This document shows positions 18,326 through 28,468 of a DNA stretch of 63,820 nucleotides, piece after piece (position 1 is the stretch's first letter; each line of letters opens with the position of its first letter). This stretch comes from an uncultured Clostridia bacterium (GTDB lineage Bacteria; Bacillota; Clostridia; Christensenellales; Borkfalkiaceae). The position numbers were made by a program, and so were the translations under genes. Location of the stretch: NCBI GenBank assembly GCA_947245485.1, contig CAMXOH010000001.1, positions 1-63,820 on the forward strand. Direction: 5' to 3'. The notes under the pieces are model-generated. The model was not told where the DNA came from. It did not search any database and was given only the letters and a program-made list of their open reading frames with translations.

Positions 18326-19763
18326 TTACGAGTTCCTCTACCGCCTTTCTCATACCTTTCTTACAAATATCGTCGAGATACTTAGCAACCGTTGCGGTAA
18401 TTTCGGGATGAAGGGCGTTAAGGTCCGTATCCCATAATTCCTTCCAGCCGAGCGCCTTTTTGGCAACGCAGTTATTGCAACCGCTTTCCGCCCAGATTTC
18501 TTTCCACTTGGCAAGATAAGCGGGGTCGTCGTTGAGCGCTATATCCTCGTTTCCTCTCTTGCCCTTGTGGAATACGGCGAGCGCCGCAAACGCGAAAAGC
18601 AAACGTTTGGGAAGCTGTCCTTTGATTTTAACGTAATCCAAAAGCGTGGGCAGAAGCCTTGTTTTGAACTTGGTTGTGGAGTTGAGCGCAATAGACATAA
18701 GCTCGTGGCGGATATAGGGGTTTTTGTATCTCTCTATAACGCTGTTGGCAAACGCAGTCATTTCATTCTGCGGCAGGTTGATTGTCGGGTTCACTTCTTC
18801 GAACACGAATCCGCGCACGAACTCGCCGATTACCGCATCGTTCACCGCTTCGCCTACGGTGTCTATGCCGCAGAGGTATGCGACGGGAACCATAGCCGTA
18901 TGCGAACCGTTGAGAATTTTTACTTTTCTCTGTTTATAGGGGTGAATATCGTCCGCGAAAATTACGTTTAATCCCGTGCCGTCCGCGGGGAATACTTTCT
19001 GCACGAAAGGTTCTTTTTTAAGCACCCAAAGGTGGAAAATTTCACCCTTGACTACGTTGTTATCGATATAACCCGTCTCTTTCTGAATTTCTTCTATTTC
19101 GTTTCTCGGATAGCCGGGAACTATTCTGTCTACGAGCGTGGAAGTAAACCGGCAAGCCGTCTGCATCCACTCGATAAACTTTTCGTCCATCTTGTTTATA
19201 TGCGCAAGTTCGGTAAGACATCTGTACAGTTCGTCGCCGTTATCGTCGATTAGCTCGCAGGGAATTATCGCAAGTCCCCTGTCTCTGGCTCCGTTGAAAC
19301 GCTCGTATCTTCTCTTTAAAAGCGCAAGCAGTTTTCCCGGGTAGCTTTTGGGACACTGCGTAAAGTCGGTGTCCGTCGCGTCGACGGCTATGCCCGCTTC
19401 CGTCGTATTGGAAATAATCACCTGCAAATCCTCGCTTTCGCCGTAGCGAAGAAATTTTTCGTATTCCGCGAAAGGGTTCACGCAGTCGCCCACTACGTCT
19501 ATTACGCGGCTGCTTTTAACGTTCTTTCCGTTGTCTATGCCTTCGAGGCGGAGAGTATACAGTCCATCCTGTTGGGCAAGTTCGTTTACCCTGCCGAAAG
19601 GCATAGGCTGTACAAGAACGACTCCCGCGTCGATTGCGCCTTTATCGTTCATATCCTGAATGAACCATTCCACGAAAGCGCGAAGGAAATTGCCTTCGCC
19701 GAACTGCATAATCTTTATTTTTCTTTCGGGTTTATTATAAATTTTTTTGCTTAATAATTGCAT
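18318..19763 (-). CDS. uxaB: Tagaturonate reductase (altronate oxidoreductase)
   Basis: 481 aa. IMQFGEGNFLRAFVEWFIQ is a mannitol-dehydrogenase-family N-terminus. 8-nt overlap with uxaA. Confidence 0.88.
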   Translation of the reverse strand: MQLLSKKIYNKPERKIKIMQFGEGNFLRAFVEWFIQDMNDKGAIDAGVVLVQPMPFGRVNELAQQDGLYTLRLEGIDNGKNVKSSRVIDVVGDCVNPFAEYEKFLRYGESEDLQVIISNTTEAGIAVDATDTDFTQCPKSYPGKLLALLKRRYERFNGARDRGLAIIPCELIDDNGDELYRCLTELAHINKMDEKFIEWMQTACRFTSTLVDRIVPGYPRNEIEEIQKETGYIDNNVVKGEIFHLWVLKKEPFVQKVFPADGTGLNVIFADDIHPYKQRKVKILNGSHTAMVPVAYLCGIDTVGEAVNDAVIGEFVRGFVFEEVNPTINLPQNEMTAFANSVIERYKNPYIRHELMSIALNSTTKFKTRLLPTLLDYVKIKGQLPKRLLFAFAALAVFHKGKRGNEDIALNDDPAYLAKWKEIWAESGCNNCVAKKALGWKELWDTDLNALHPEITATVAKYLDDICKKGMRKAVEELVNG

Positions 19764-19821
19764 TTTGACTCCTTACTAATTGTTTAAAAACACATTCTTT
19801 CGCTCAAAAAAGCGAAACGTT

Positions 19822-20928
19822 TCAGTGTCTTTTAACGTCGTTCTCCACAATTTCTTCCGTTTCCGCGTCGTATACGTATGCGGAAACGTGGGGCACGCCG
19901 AACGTAAATTCCGCGCCCATTTCGGGCGTATGGTGAGGATTTACTTTGAGAATGATATTGACTTTTTCTTCCTCGCCCACGGTCGCGTATACGTTGGTGT
20001 TGTCACCGAGCAGCTCGGTCAGTTCGACTTTGGAAGTAAGCCGATAGCTTGCCGAGTCATTTTCGAGCTTAATCGCTTCCGGTCTGAACGCGAATACGAC
20101 TTTTTTACCCTCCAAACTTTTTACGTCCTTTACGACGGGAGAGAGTTCGAGTTCGAGTCCGCAACCTTTGAATTTTCCGTTCTCCACTGCGCCGCGGATA
20201 AAGTTCATAGGCGGCTCGCCGATGAAACCTGCAACGAAGAGATTTTTGGGATAGAAATAAAGTTCATAAGGCGTGCCGATTTGCTGAACGTACCCGCCCG
20301 ATTTCATAACCACTATCCTGTCCGACATAGTCATAGCTTCCGTCTGGTCGTGCGTTACGTATATAGTGGTCGCTCCGACGGAACGGTGAATCTGCTTAAT
20401 TTCCGAGCGCATGGTAACGCGCTGTTTTGCGTCGAGGTTGGAGAGAGGTTCGTCCATAAGGAAGATTTTAACTTTTCTTATGAGCGCGCGCCCGACTGCA
20501 ACGCGCTGGCACTGTCCGCCCGAGAGCGCGCGCGGGAATCTTTCGAGGTATTCCGTAAGTCCGAGTATTTTGGCGGTTGCCTGAACTTTTTCCTCGATTA
20601 CGTCCGCGTCGATACCTTCGAGCGTAAGTCCGAATGCAAGATTTTCGTACACCGTAAGGTGCGGATACAGCGCGTAGGACTGGAAAACCATTGCTATTCC
20701 CCTGTCGCGCGACGACATTTGGTTAGCGAGTTTTCCGTCGATATAGAATTCGCCCGCGGTAATATCTTCGAGCCCCGCAATCATACGCAAGGTTGTTGAC
20801 TTGCCGCAACCCGAATCGCCTACGAGACAGATAAATTCCCCGTCCTTGATTTCCATATTGAAATCGTGCACGGCATGATAGCCGTTGGGATAAACTTTGT
20901 TTACGTCTTTAAATAGAAGTTGTGCCAT
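19822..20928 (-). CDS. Sugar ABC transporter ATP-binding protein (MalK/MsmX type), second copy
   Basis: Walker A GDSGCGKST, signature LSGGQCQRVA, Walker B IFLMDEPLSNLD and a TOBE-like C-terminus. Confidence 0.9.
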   Translation of the reverse strand: MAQLLFKDVNKVYPNGYHAVHDFNMEIKDGEFICLVGDSGCGKSTTLRMIAGLEDITAGEFYIDGKLANQMSSRDRGIAMVFQSYALYPHLTVYENLAFGLTLEGIDADVIEEKVQATAKILGLTEYLERFPRALSGGQCQRVAVGRALIRKVKIFLMDEPLSNLDAKQRVTMRSEIKQIHRSVGATTIYVTHDQTEAMTMSDRIVVMKSGGYVQQIGTPYELYFYPKNLFVAGFIGEPPMNFIRGAVENGKFKGCGLELELSPVVKDVKSLEGKKVVFAFRPEAIKLENDSASYRLTSKVELTELLGDNTNVYATVGEEEKVNIILKVNPHHTPEMGAEFTFGVPHVSAYVYDAETEEIVENDVKRH

Positions 20929-20985
20929 TTCGTATATTTCCCCTTTTTAATTTAGAATTATGAACGTTCTTAAAATGCCGTTTTC

Positions 20986-21855
20986 TTATCTCAAATCGCG
21001 CGTAGCGATATTGTCCATATCGTCGTAAGTCTGGTTTTCTCCGCACATACCCCATATAAACGTGTAGTTGTGCGTGCCCACGCCGCTGTGAATAGACCAA
21101 CTGGGCGAAATTACGGCTTGTTCGTTGTGCATAATTATATGGCGCGTCTCTTTGGGCGTACCCATAAGATGAATAACCGCTTCCGTTTCGGGCAGTTCGA
21201 AGTACATATAAACTTCCATTCTTCTCTCGTGGGTGTGGCTCGGAAGAGTGTTCCACGCGCTGCCCTCTGCAAGTTCCGTCATACCCATTGCAAGCTGACA
21301 GCTCTCGCACACGTCGCCGATTATAAACTGGTTAATGGTGCGCTTGTTTATTCCTTCGAGCGAACCGAGATGACGCTGTACGCAGTACTTCGTTCCCTCG
21401 GGCGCGGGAACTCCCTCGACGGGTTTTGTGATTTTTACCGTAGGATAGCTCTTGTGCGCGGGACTCGAATTGATATAGAACTTGGCGGGATTTTTGCCGT
21501 TGACGGAAGAAAACTCTATATCCTTCGTTCCCATACCGATATAAATTCCCTCTTTGCGCCCTATTTCGTAAACCTTGCCGTCGAGCTTGATTTTGCCCGC
21601 GCCGCCGATATTGATTACGCCCATTTCGCGTCTTTCGAGGAAATAAGCGGTTGCAAGCTCTTTGAACGTTCCGAGCGAGAGAGTCTTTTTAACGGGCATC
21701 GCGCCGCCCGCGATTATTCTGTCCTGATGCGAATAAGTAAGAAGAATTTCATCCTCTTCGAAGAGCTTCTTTATGAGATATTTTTCTCTCAGCTCCTTTG
21801 TATCGTAACGCTTGGAGTCGTCGGGGTGATTTGCGTATCTTACGTCGAATTTCAT
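20986..21855 (-). CDS. kduI: 5-dehydro-4-deoxy-D-glucuronate isomerase
   Basis: MKFDVRYANHPDDSKRYDTKELREKYL is a typical KduI N-terminus. The ATG at 21855 is chosen over the ORF-track start at 21909. Confidence 0.88.
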   Translation of the reverse strand: MKFDVRYANHPDDSKRYDTKELREKYLIKKLFEEDEILLTYSHQDRIIAGGAMPVKKTLSLGTFKELATAYFLERREMGVINIGGAGKIKLDGKVYEIGRKEGIYIGMGTKDIEFSSVNGKNPAKFYINSSPAHKSYPTVKITKPVEGVPAPEGTKYCVQRHLGSLEGINKRTINQFIIGDVCESCQLAMGMTELAEGSAWNTLPSHTHERRMEVYMYFELPETEAVIHLMGTPKETRHIIMHNEQAVISPSWSIHSGVGTHNYTFIWGMCGENQTYDDMDNIATRDLR

Positions 21856-21919
21856 AAATTTTAATCCTTTTAAATTATTACTTTTATTTATGCGGAAAAA
21901 TTGCCGCAAATTTTTTGTT

Positions 21920-22759
21920 TTATACCTGTTCCCACGTTCTGCGGATAAACTCTGTGCAGGGAATAATATCGTCTCCCGTAGTGCCTTCCAAGACGAGAAC
22001 GGCGTCCCTGTCGTACGCTTTTATTTTGCCGAGAATGCTTTTAAAGTCGAACATTCCCTTGCCGGGGGCAACTTGTTTCAACTTACCGTCCGCATAGACG
22101 CAGTCCTTTATATGGAATACGAGAATATTCCCCGCAAAGCTCTTTAAGCCTTCGTCGAAAATTTCAAGATAGCGCGAATAATTGGATGCGTCGAGGTAGT
22201 TGTAAATATCGAATATTATTTTTACGTTGTCCGCGCCAAGCGCGTCAACCGCCCTTTTAAGGGTTGCCACGTTCCAGCAGACGTGTCCCGCCGCGCCCTC
22301 CATTCCGATATACGAACCCTGTTCTTTGGCGTAAGCGGCAAGCTCGGAAAAAGTTTCTATAACTCTTTCCAACGCCTGTTCGGTGCGGTTCAGAGGATTG
22401 TAAGTCCATTTGTCGTCGTTGAAACTGCCCGTTTCCGAGCCGACGACGGGGCAACCGAGAGCTTTTGAATATTTTATATATTCCTTGAAAATGCGCTTGC
22501 ACTTTTCGGCTTTTTGCCTGTCCGAATGCACGGGGTTGAAGTACGCGCCGATTAACGCGACTTCTATACCCGCGTCTTTCAACGCTTTGCCGATGAGCGC
22601 GGCGTTTGCGGCGTTAAGCTGTCCCGTTTCGTATTTTATTTCGTCCATAAACTTATACGCAACGAGTTGAACGGCGTCTATACCGCACTCTTTTATTTTT
22701 TTTATCGCCGCATCCAATCCCCTTACGCCGAGGTCATGCGTACGGAAAGCAATTTTCAT
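21920..22759 (-). CDS. Sugar phosphate isomerase/epimerase (xylose-isomerase-like TIM barrel)
   Basis: 279-aa ORF with a family-like pattern. The exact reaction is unknown. Confidence 0.7.
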   Translation of the reverse strand: MKIAFRTHDLGVRGLDAAIKKIKECGIDAVQLVAYKFMDEIKYETGQLNAANAALIGKALKDAGIEVALIGAYFNPVHSDRQKAEKCKRIFKEYIKYSKALGCPVVGSETGSFNDDKWTYNPLNRTEQALERVIETFSELAAYAKEQGSYIGMEGAAGHVCWNVATLKRAVDALGADNVKIIFDIYNYLDASNYSRYLEIFDEGLKSFAGNILVFHIKDCVYADGKLKQVAPGKGMFDFKSILGKIKAYDRDAVLVLEGTTGDDIIPCTEFIRRTWEQV

Positions 22760-22792
22760 AATACTCCCACGGTACCCTGTTTTTAAAGAAGT

Positions 22793-23827
22793 TTATCTCT
22801 GTACTCTTCCCGAGCCGTCGCCGCCTGCAAGCGCTTCCACTTCCTTGCGGGAAACAAGGTTGAAGTCGCCGGGAATGGTGTGTTTGAGCGCGGAAGCCGC
22901 AACGCCGAATTCAAGCGCGGACTTGAAATCTTTTCCGTCGAGGAAACCCGTGATTACGCCGCCCGCGAAAGAGTCGCCGCCGCCCACTCTGTCCACAATG
23001 GGGTGAAGTGAATATGTTTTGGAATGATAAAATTCCTTGTCCTTTGCGCTGTAAATGCAGGCGGACCAACCGTTATCCGAAGCCGAATGCGAAACGCGGA
23101 GCGAGCTTATGCAGTACTTGAAGCTGGGGAATTTTTTAACCATCTGCTCGAAAATATCTTTGTATCCCGCAAGTTCGAGTTCGCCGCTCGTAACGTCCGT
23201 CTTGCCGGGTTTGAAGCCGAGCACCAAGTCCGCGTCCTCTTCGTTGCCTATACATACGTCTACGTATTGCATAAGGTTTGTCATAACCTTTTTGGCTTTT
23301 TCGCTCGTCCAAAGTTTTTTACGGAAATTCAAGTCCACCGAAACGGTTACGCCGTGCTTTTTCGCCGCCTTTAACGCCTCTTCCGTAAGCACCGCCGCGC
23401 TGTCCGAAACAGCGGGAGTAATTCCCGTGAAGTGGAACCAGTCCGCATCCTTGAAAATCGCGTCGAAGTCGAAATCCTTAGCGGTTGCGGTTGTTATCGA
23501 AGAGTGCGCCCTGTCGTAAACGACTTTGGACGCCCTTATAGACGCGCCCGTTTCGAGATAGTAGATGCCGAGTCTTTCGCCGCACTTAGCGATATGGCGC
23601 GTTTCGACGCCGTACTTGCGGAGCGAAGCAACGGCGCATTCGCCGAGTTCGTTATCGGGAACCGCCGTCACGAATTCCGCATTGTGCCCGTAGTTGGCGC
23701 AAGATACCGCAACGTTGGCTTCGCCGCCGCCGTAGTTAATATCGAATTCATCCGCCTGAATGAATTTCTCGTTGTTCGGCGTTGAAAGCCTAAGCATAAT
23801 TTCGCCCATGGTAACAATTTTTTTCAT
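22793..23827 (-). CDS. kdgK: 2-dehydro-3-deoxygluconokinase (PfkB family)
   Basis: MGEIMLRLSTP...YGGGEANVAVS and the C-terminal DRVGGGDSFAGG motif. Confidence 0.88.
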   Translation of the reverse strand: MKKIVTMGEIMLRLSTPNNEKFIQADEFDINYGGGEANVAVSCANYGHNAEFVTAVPDNELGECAVASLRKYGVETRHIAKCGERLGIYYLETGASIRASKVVYDRAHSSITTATAKDFDFDAIFKDADWFHFTGITPAVSDSAAVLTEEALKAAKKHGVTVSVDLNFRKKLWTSEKAKKVMTNLMQYVDVCIGNEEDADLVLGFKPGKTDVTSGELELAGYKDIFEQMVKKFPSFKYCISSLRVSHSASDNGWSACIYSAKDKEFYHSKTYSLHPIVDRVGGGDSFAGGVITGFLDGKDFKSALEFGVAASALKHTIPGDFNLVSRKEVEALAGGDGSGRVQR

Positions 23828-23975
23828 TTTATTTTTTCTCCTTAAAAAACTTAATATAATTTTGCGGAAACACAGCCTGCAAAACGCGAACCGACGTTAT
23901 ATGACGCAAACGCACGCGTCTATACAATAGCGGAACAAGTTTTGCGCAGGTTAAACGTTTCCGTATTTTCCTTAG

Positions 23976-24959
23976 TTACTTTCTGAGAACAAGATGCACG
24001 GCGAACCCGCCGAACTCCTTCTCCAAATACGCCACGTTCATAACGCCTTCCGCGCTGTATTTTACAGAACCATCCTTAACTGCAAACCCCCTCTTTTCAA
24101 GCTGATAGAGCGCGCGCTTTACGGAATTGGTTGCGATTGCTATGTGTCCGTTTTTGCCGTGGAAAGGTTTTTTCATCATTTCCATATACGTGGAAGAGAA
24201 AACCGAGCTGTTAACGACTTTTTTTTCGAAGCCGAAAGCGGCGTTGAATTCGTCCGCAACCGACTCCGCTTCTTCGGGATTATTGCAGTTGATACCCACG
24301 TGAACCATTTCGAAACCGAGCATTCTGTCCACGGCTTCGCGGCAAAGTTTTGTTATGCCCGCCCAATCTTCCGCTTCGAGAAGTTTTTGCGGTACTATCC
24401 AGCTTCCCCCGCAACATACTATTTTTTTATAGGCAAGGTAAGCGTTTAAATTGTCCGCGGTTATTCCGCCCGTCGGCATAAAGCGCATTGACGAATAGGG
24501 CGCGGAAATAGCCTTTATATAGGAAAGACCGCCCGCCTGTTCCGCGGGGAAGAATTTTGCAAAGTCGAGTCCGAGTTCCAACGCCTGTTCTACTTCGCTT
24601 GCCGAGGACAGTCCGGGTGCGAACGGAACGCCGAGTTCGAGACAATGCCTTACAACCTGCGGATTTAACCCGGGTGCGACGCAGAACTTCGCGCCCGCCT
24701 TTATAGCCGCTTCAACCTGCGCGCAAGTTAAAACAGTGCCCGCGCCGACAAGCATATCTGGAAACGCTTTCGTCATACGGCTGATAACCTCGTCCGCGCC
24801 CTGCGCCCTGAAAGTAACTTCGGCGCAGTTTATTCCGCCGTCGCGCAGAGCTTTTGCGAGTTTTTCCGCATTTTCCACTTTGTCGAGTTTGATTACGGGA
24901 ACTATGCCGACGTTTTCAAGCTCGTCTACAAGCAAGTCGATTTTTTCTTTAACCGTCAT
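23976..24959 (-). CDS. eda: KDPG/KHG aldolase fused to a C-terminal glyoxalase/VOC-like domain
   Basis: Residues 1-205 look Eda-like (GIVPVIKL, EVTFR, GAGTVL, FKFFPAE, PTGGI). About 115 extra C-terminal residues begin MLGFEMVHVGINC and end FAVHLVLRK. Confidence 0.8.
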   Translation of the reverse strand: MTVKEKIDLLVDELENVGIVPVIKLDKVENAEKLAKALRDGGINCAEVTFRAQGADEVISRMTKAFPDMLVGAGTVLTCAQVEAAIKAGAKFCVAPGLNPQVVRHCLELGVPFAPGLSSASEVEQALELGLDFAKFFPAEQAGGLSYIKAISAPYSSMRFMPTGGITADNLNAYLAYKKIVCCGGSWIVPQKLLEAEDWAGITKLCREAVDRMLGFEMVHVGINCNNPEEAESVADEFNAAFGFEKKVVNSSVFSSTYMEMMKKPFHGKNGHIAIATNSVKRALYQLEKRGFAVKDGSVKYSAEGVMNVAYLEKEFGGFAVHLVLRK

Positions 24960-25107
24960 AACACCACCTTATTTATTACCATAATTTTACATATAAATTA
25001 TAGAAAACCATATTGTCAATGTCTATTAACAAAACGGTTCCATTTATGGATTTTACGGATATAAAATCAAACCCGACAACTTTCGTCAAACACGGCAAGA
25101 ACTTCCG

Positions 25108-25152
25108 CAAAACATATAAATTCCGCCCGCCGCAGTAATGCGGCGGGCGGAA
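25108..25152 (-). terminator. Rho-independent terminator after kduD
   Basis: 13-bp stem TTCCGCCCGCCGC / GCGGCGGGCGGAA (25121-25152), followed on the minus strand by TTTATATGTTTT. Confidence 0.85.
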
Positions 25153-25165
25153 CCCTTATTAAAAT

Positions 25166-25918
25166 TTATCTTGCAAGCCAACCGCCGTCGACTGCGACGG
25201 TAAAGCCGTTTACATAGTCGGAAGCCGACGACGCGAGGAACACCGCCGCGCCCTCCAAATCTTCGGGAGTTCCCCACCTGCCTGCGGGAATGCGGGAGAG
25301 AATATCCGAACTTCTTTCCCCGTCCTGACGGAGCTGTTCGGTATTATTGGTCGCCATATAACCGGGCGCAATGCCGTTCACGTTAATATTGTACTTTGCC
25401 CACTCGTTGGCAAGCGTCATAGTAATTCCCTTTACAGCCGACTTGGACGCCGTGTATGAAGGAACCCTGATTCCGCCCTGAAACGAGAGCATAGAAGCGA
25501 TGTTTATGACTTTGCCGCCCGTACCCTGCTTTACGAATTGCCGCGCAACCGCCTGCGTAAGAAAAAATACGGTTTTAAGGTTTACGTTCAATACGCTGTC
25601 CCAGTTCTCTTCGCTGAACTCCAAGGAGTCCTGTCTTTTGATAATTCCCGCGTTGTTTACAAGAATATCTATTCTACCGAACTTGTCCAAAGCCTCTTTA
25701 ATTATTTCGGGAATCACTTCCAAGGAGCTTAAATCGGCAAGCACGTTGTGGAAACTTTCGCCGAGCATTTCCTTGGTTTCCGTACTCGGACGGCGGGAAA
25801 CGCCTATAACCATTGCGCCCGCTTCCGCATACGCGCGACAAATACCCTGACCGAGTCCCGTGTTACTTCCCGTAACCAACGCCACTTTTCCGTTTAAAGA
25901 AAATTTATCGAGTATCAT
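25166..25918 (-). CDS. kduD: 2-dehydro-3-deoxy-D-gluconate 5-dehydrogenase (SDR)
   Basis: 250 aa with GKVALVTGSNTGLGQG, YTASK and a KduD-like C-terminus. Confidence 0.88.
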   Translation of the reverse strand: MILDKFSLNGKVALVTGSNTGLGQGICRAYAEAGAMVIGVSRRPSTETKEMLGESFHNVLADLSSLEVIPEIIKEALDKFGRIDILVNNAGIIKRQDSLEFSEENWDSVLNVNLKTVFFLTQAVARQFVKQGTGGKVINIASMLSFQGGIRVPSYTASKSAVKGITMTLANEWAKYNINVNGIAPGYMATNNTEQLRQDGERSSDILSRIPAGRWGTPEDLEGAAVFLASSASDYVNGFTVAVDGGWLAR

Positions 25919-25939
25919 TTTTCCCCCTATAATTTAAAT

Positions 25940-26800
25940 TCAATCCTTGCATTCGTCGAACTTAACGCTCTGTCCGCCGTCTATTTTATAGACTTTTCCC
26001 CTGATTTCTAACCAGACGGGCATAAACGAAGGATTAAATACCCGCTCTCCGTCGAGCGAATAGATAAGTTCGTCATACGCCGATATATAATCGCGGAGCT
26101 GTCCGTTCGTCGCAAACCAAATATCTTTTCTTTTTGATACGCGCTTTGCGAAATCTTCAATTAAATTCCAGTTGCCGTCCTCGTCGAACTCGTAACTGTG
26201 TCCCCATACAGAGAACAGCCAAGGTTCGCGGTGCTTGAAATCGTCCTCGGGCGAAGCCGACAAAAATTTTTCGCACAGCTCGCGGAACGCCGCGCTTTTG
26301 TGATGACAGCTCGGATTAAATCTCAGCCAATCCGAAGGTATTTCGAAAGAACGGGTTTCGTCCGTGGTGCGCGCATAACTTACGCCCAAACTTTTTAGCA
26401 TATTTATTATTTCCGCATTGTACCCGTTGTATGCGTACGCAAGTCCCCTGACTATGCGCCCGAACTTGCTTTCGAGGTACGCGCGGTTGCTCACTATTTC
26501 GTTAACCGCTTCGGGAAGGGGAACTTTATCCAAAAATATATGTCTTGCCCCGTGCAGAGCGATTTCGTGTCCGCTTTTCGCAAAGAGCGAATAAGTCTGC
26601 TCCTCGTCAAGTCTGTCGTGCCAGCATTCGCAACCGAACAGACTGCTGTTTAAATTAAACGTTCCCTTTAAACCGTATGCGTCGAAAATTTCTATGAGCT
26701 TTTTATCTGCTTTCACGCCGTCGTCGTAACTGAAAGTCAACGCCTTGCTTTTTCCGTCGGGGAAACGCATATATTTTTCTTCGAACATCTGACGAAACAT
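25940..26800 (-). CDS. Polysaccharide deacetylase (CE4 family)
   Basis: LTFSYDDG and HEIALHGARH motifs. 286 aa. Confidence 0.8.
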   Translation of the reverse strand: MFRQMFEEKYMRFPDGKSKALTFSYDDGVKADKKLIEIFDAYGLKGTFNLNSSLFGCECWHDRLDEEQTYSLFAKSGHEIALHGARHIFLDKVPLPEAVNEIVSNRAYLESKFGRIVRGLAYAYNGYNAEIINMLKSLGVSYARTTDETRSFEIPSDWLRFNPSCHHKSAAFRELCEKFLSASPEDDFKHREPWLFSVWGHSYEFDEDGNWNLIEDFAKRVSKRKDIWFATNGQLRDYISAYDELIYSLDGERVFNPSFMPVWLEIRGKVYKIDGGQSVKFDECKD

Positions 26801-26843
26801 ATCGACTCCTTAAACCCGTATACGGCGAATGCCGCAGGTTTTT

Positions 26844-28352
26844 CTATTTTAAAGCCTCTTCTACGGCGGCTTCGGCTACGCGCTCGCTCTCTCCGTAGTC
26901 GGGGTAATCTTTCAAAAGTCCCGACGACCTCTTCCACTTGCCCGAAAGTATTCTTCCGCCGAACAGAATTCCGCGCAGGCACCAGTCGGAAACCATTCCT
27001 ACCCACAGTCCGAGCGCGCCCCAATGCGCGCCGAACCAATCGCAGGTTAAAAGATAGCACAACCCCACACGCATTAAGAGCATAGAGAATACCGCCGCGC
27101 CCATTACGAATTTCATATCCGAATTCGCTTTCAGTACGGCAGGCAAGCCGAACGAGAGCGGATAGGTAGCAAACTGGAAAGAAAGGCATATAAGCAGACA
27201 CTTCCACGCGATTGCCCTCGCCTCGCCCGAAATATTATAGAAATTCAACAGTAGGGGCGACAGCGCGAACGTAAACGCCACGCAACAGGCGTTGCCGATA
27301 TAGGCGATTAGAAGCATTTTTCTTATATAGTATTTTACCTGCCCTATATCTCCCGTGCCGACTGCCTGCCCTATTACGGTGAGCATTGCGGTATTAATTC
27401 CGTTGCCGACAATCGAGCTTACCGTATTTATATTGTAAGCCACGGAGTTAGCCGAGGTTTCGAAGTTGGTGATAACCCCGTCCACTACCGCGTTGTAGCT
27501 TGCAATCGATATAAAGACTATGACGAGTATCTTGCCGAGTTGGAAAAAGCAGTTCTCTATTCCGCTCGGTACCGCGAGTTTTAAAATGCTTTTCAGTTTT
27601 GCGCCGTCGAAGCGAAACTTTTCGAAAATTTTTATTCTCACGAGGTTGCTCTTCCTCGTCATTAAAAACAGAGTGAAAAACGCGGGGAATATTCTTGCGA
27701 TGAGCGTGCCGAGCGCAACGCCGGCAATGCCCATTTTGAATACGTAAATGAAAAGCGCGTTGAACGCCAAATTAATGAAGAAACTGATTAAACCCGAAAG
27801 CATAGTGTTCAGGCTTTTGCGTTGCGCGCGCAACAGCGCCGCGCAGGAATTGAAAACCGCGATAAAAGGAAACGCCGCCGCGATTATATAAAAATATGTA
27901 TACGCGTTGTTAAGCGTCTGTTCTCCCGCCGCGCCGAACAGAAGTTCGATGAGCTGATGGTTGAGCGCAAGGCTGAGCGCAGTCAATACAAGCGAAATTA
28001 AAAGAGTGATAACCAATAACTGTTTTGCGCTTTTGTTCGCTTCTTCTACCTTTCCCGCGCCGAGAAACTGCGAGGTTATTACCGCGCCGCCGACGCCGAA
28101 TGCCGTGAACAGTTGGATTATCAGATTGGAAATCTGGTCCACGTCGGTAATAGCCGTAAGAATATCGTCGCCCGCACCGCTCTTTGCGTATGAAGCCATA
28201 AGTCCGTCGAACATACCGAGCGACATAGAAAGCGCCGACTCAACCACTATCGGGAATATAAGCATAAACAACGCTTTGCCCGTAAACAACGTATATTTTT
28301 GTTTTATCGCCGCACCTTTTTTCAACACGCACCTCTTAAAAATTTGAACCAT
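26844..28352 (-). CDS. MATE-family efflux transporter
   Basis: About 12 TM segments in a MATE-like pattern. The start is uncertain because no SD is seen. Confidence 0.8.
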   Translation of the reverse strand: MVQIFKRCVLKKGAAIKQKYTLFTGKALFMLIFPIVVESALSMSLGMFDGLMASYAKSGAGDDILTAITDVDQISNLIIQLFTAFGVGGAVITSQFLGAGKVEEANKSAKQLLVITLLISLVLTALSLALNHQLIELLFGAAGEQTLNNAYTYFYIIAAAFPFIAVFNSCAALLRAQRKSLNTMLSGLISFFINLAFNALFIYVFKMGIAGVALGTLIARIFPAFFTLFLMTRKSNLVRIKIFEKFRFDGAKLKSILKLAVPSGIENCFFQLGKILVIVFISIASYNAVVDGVITNFETSANSVAYNINTVSSIVGNGINTAMLTVIGQAVGTGDIGQVKYYIRKMLLIAYIGNACCVAFTFALSPLLLNFYNISGEARAIAWKCLLICLSFQFATYPLSFGLPAVLKANSDMKFVMGAAVFSMLLMRVGLCYLLTCDWFGAHWGALGLWVGMVSDWCLRGILFGGRILSGKWKRSSGLLKDYPDYGESERVAEAAVEEALK

Positions 28353-28468
28353 TATACAACCCGTTCAAAATAAAGGCAAGCGTTTGACGGCTTAAATAAA
28401 TCAATATTAATTTAACGAAACGTAAAGTCTGCGCGCACGTTAAACCGTAAAACGGCGACGAATTTGTC

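Noticed and set aside
19780-20799. Long antisense ORFs opposite the ABC ATPase and GH28 genes: 19780-20799, 44684-45877, 34746-35546 and 3051-4133.
   Set aside because: Each lies entirely within, and opposite to, a gene with unmistakable family motifs. Their translations are low-complexity (F/R/V-rich) with no SD. These are typical shadow ORFs.
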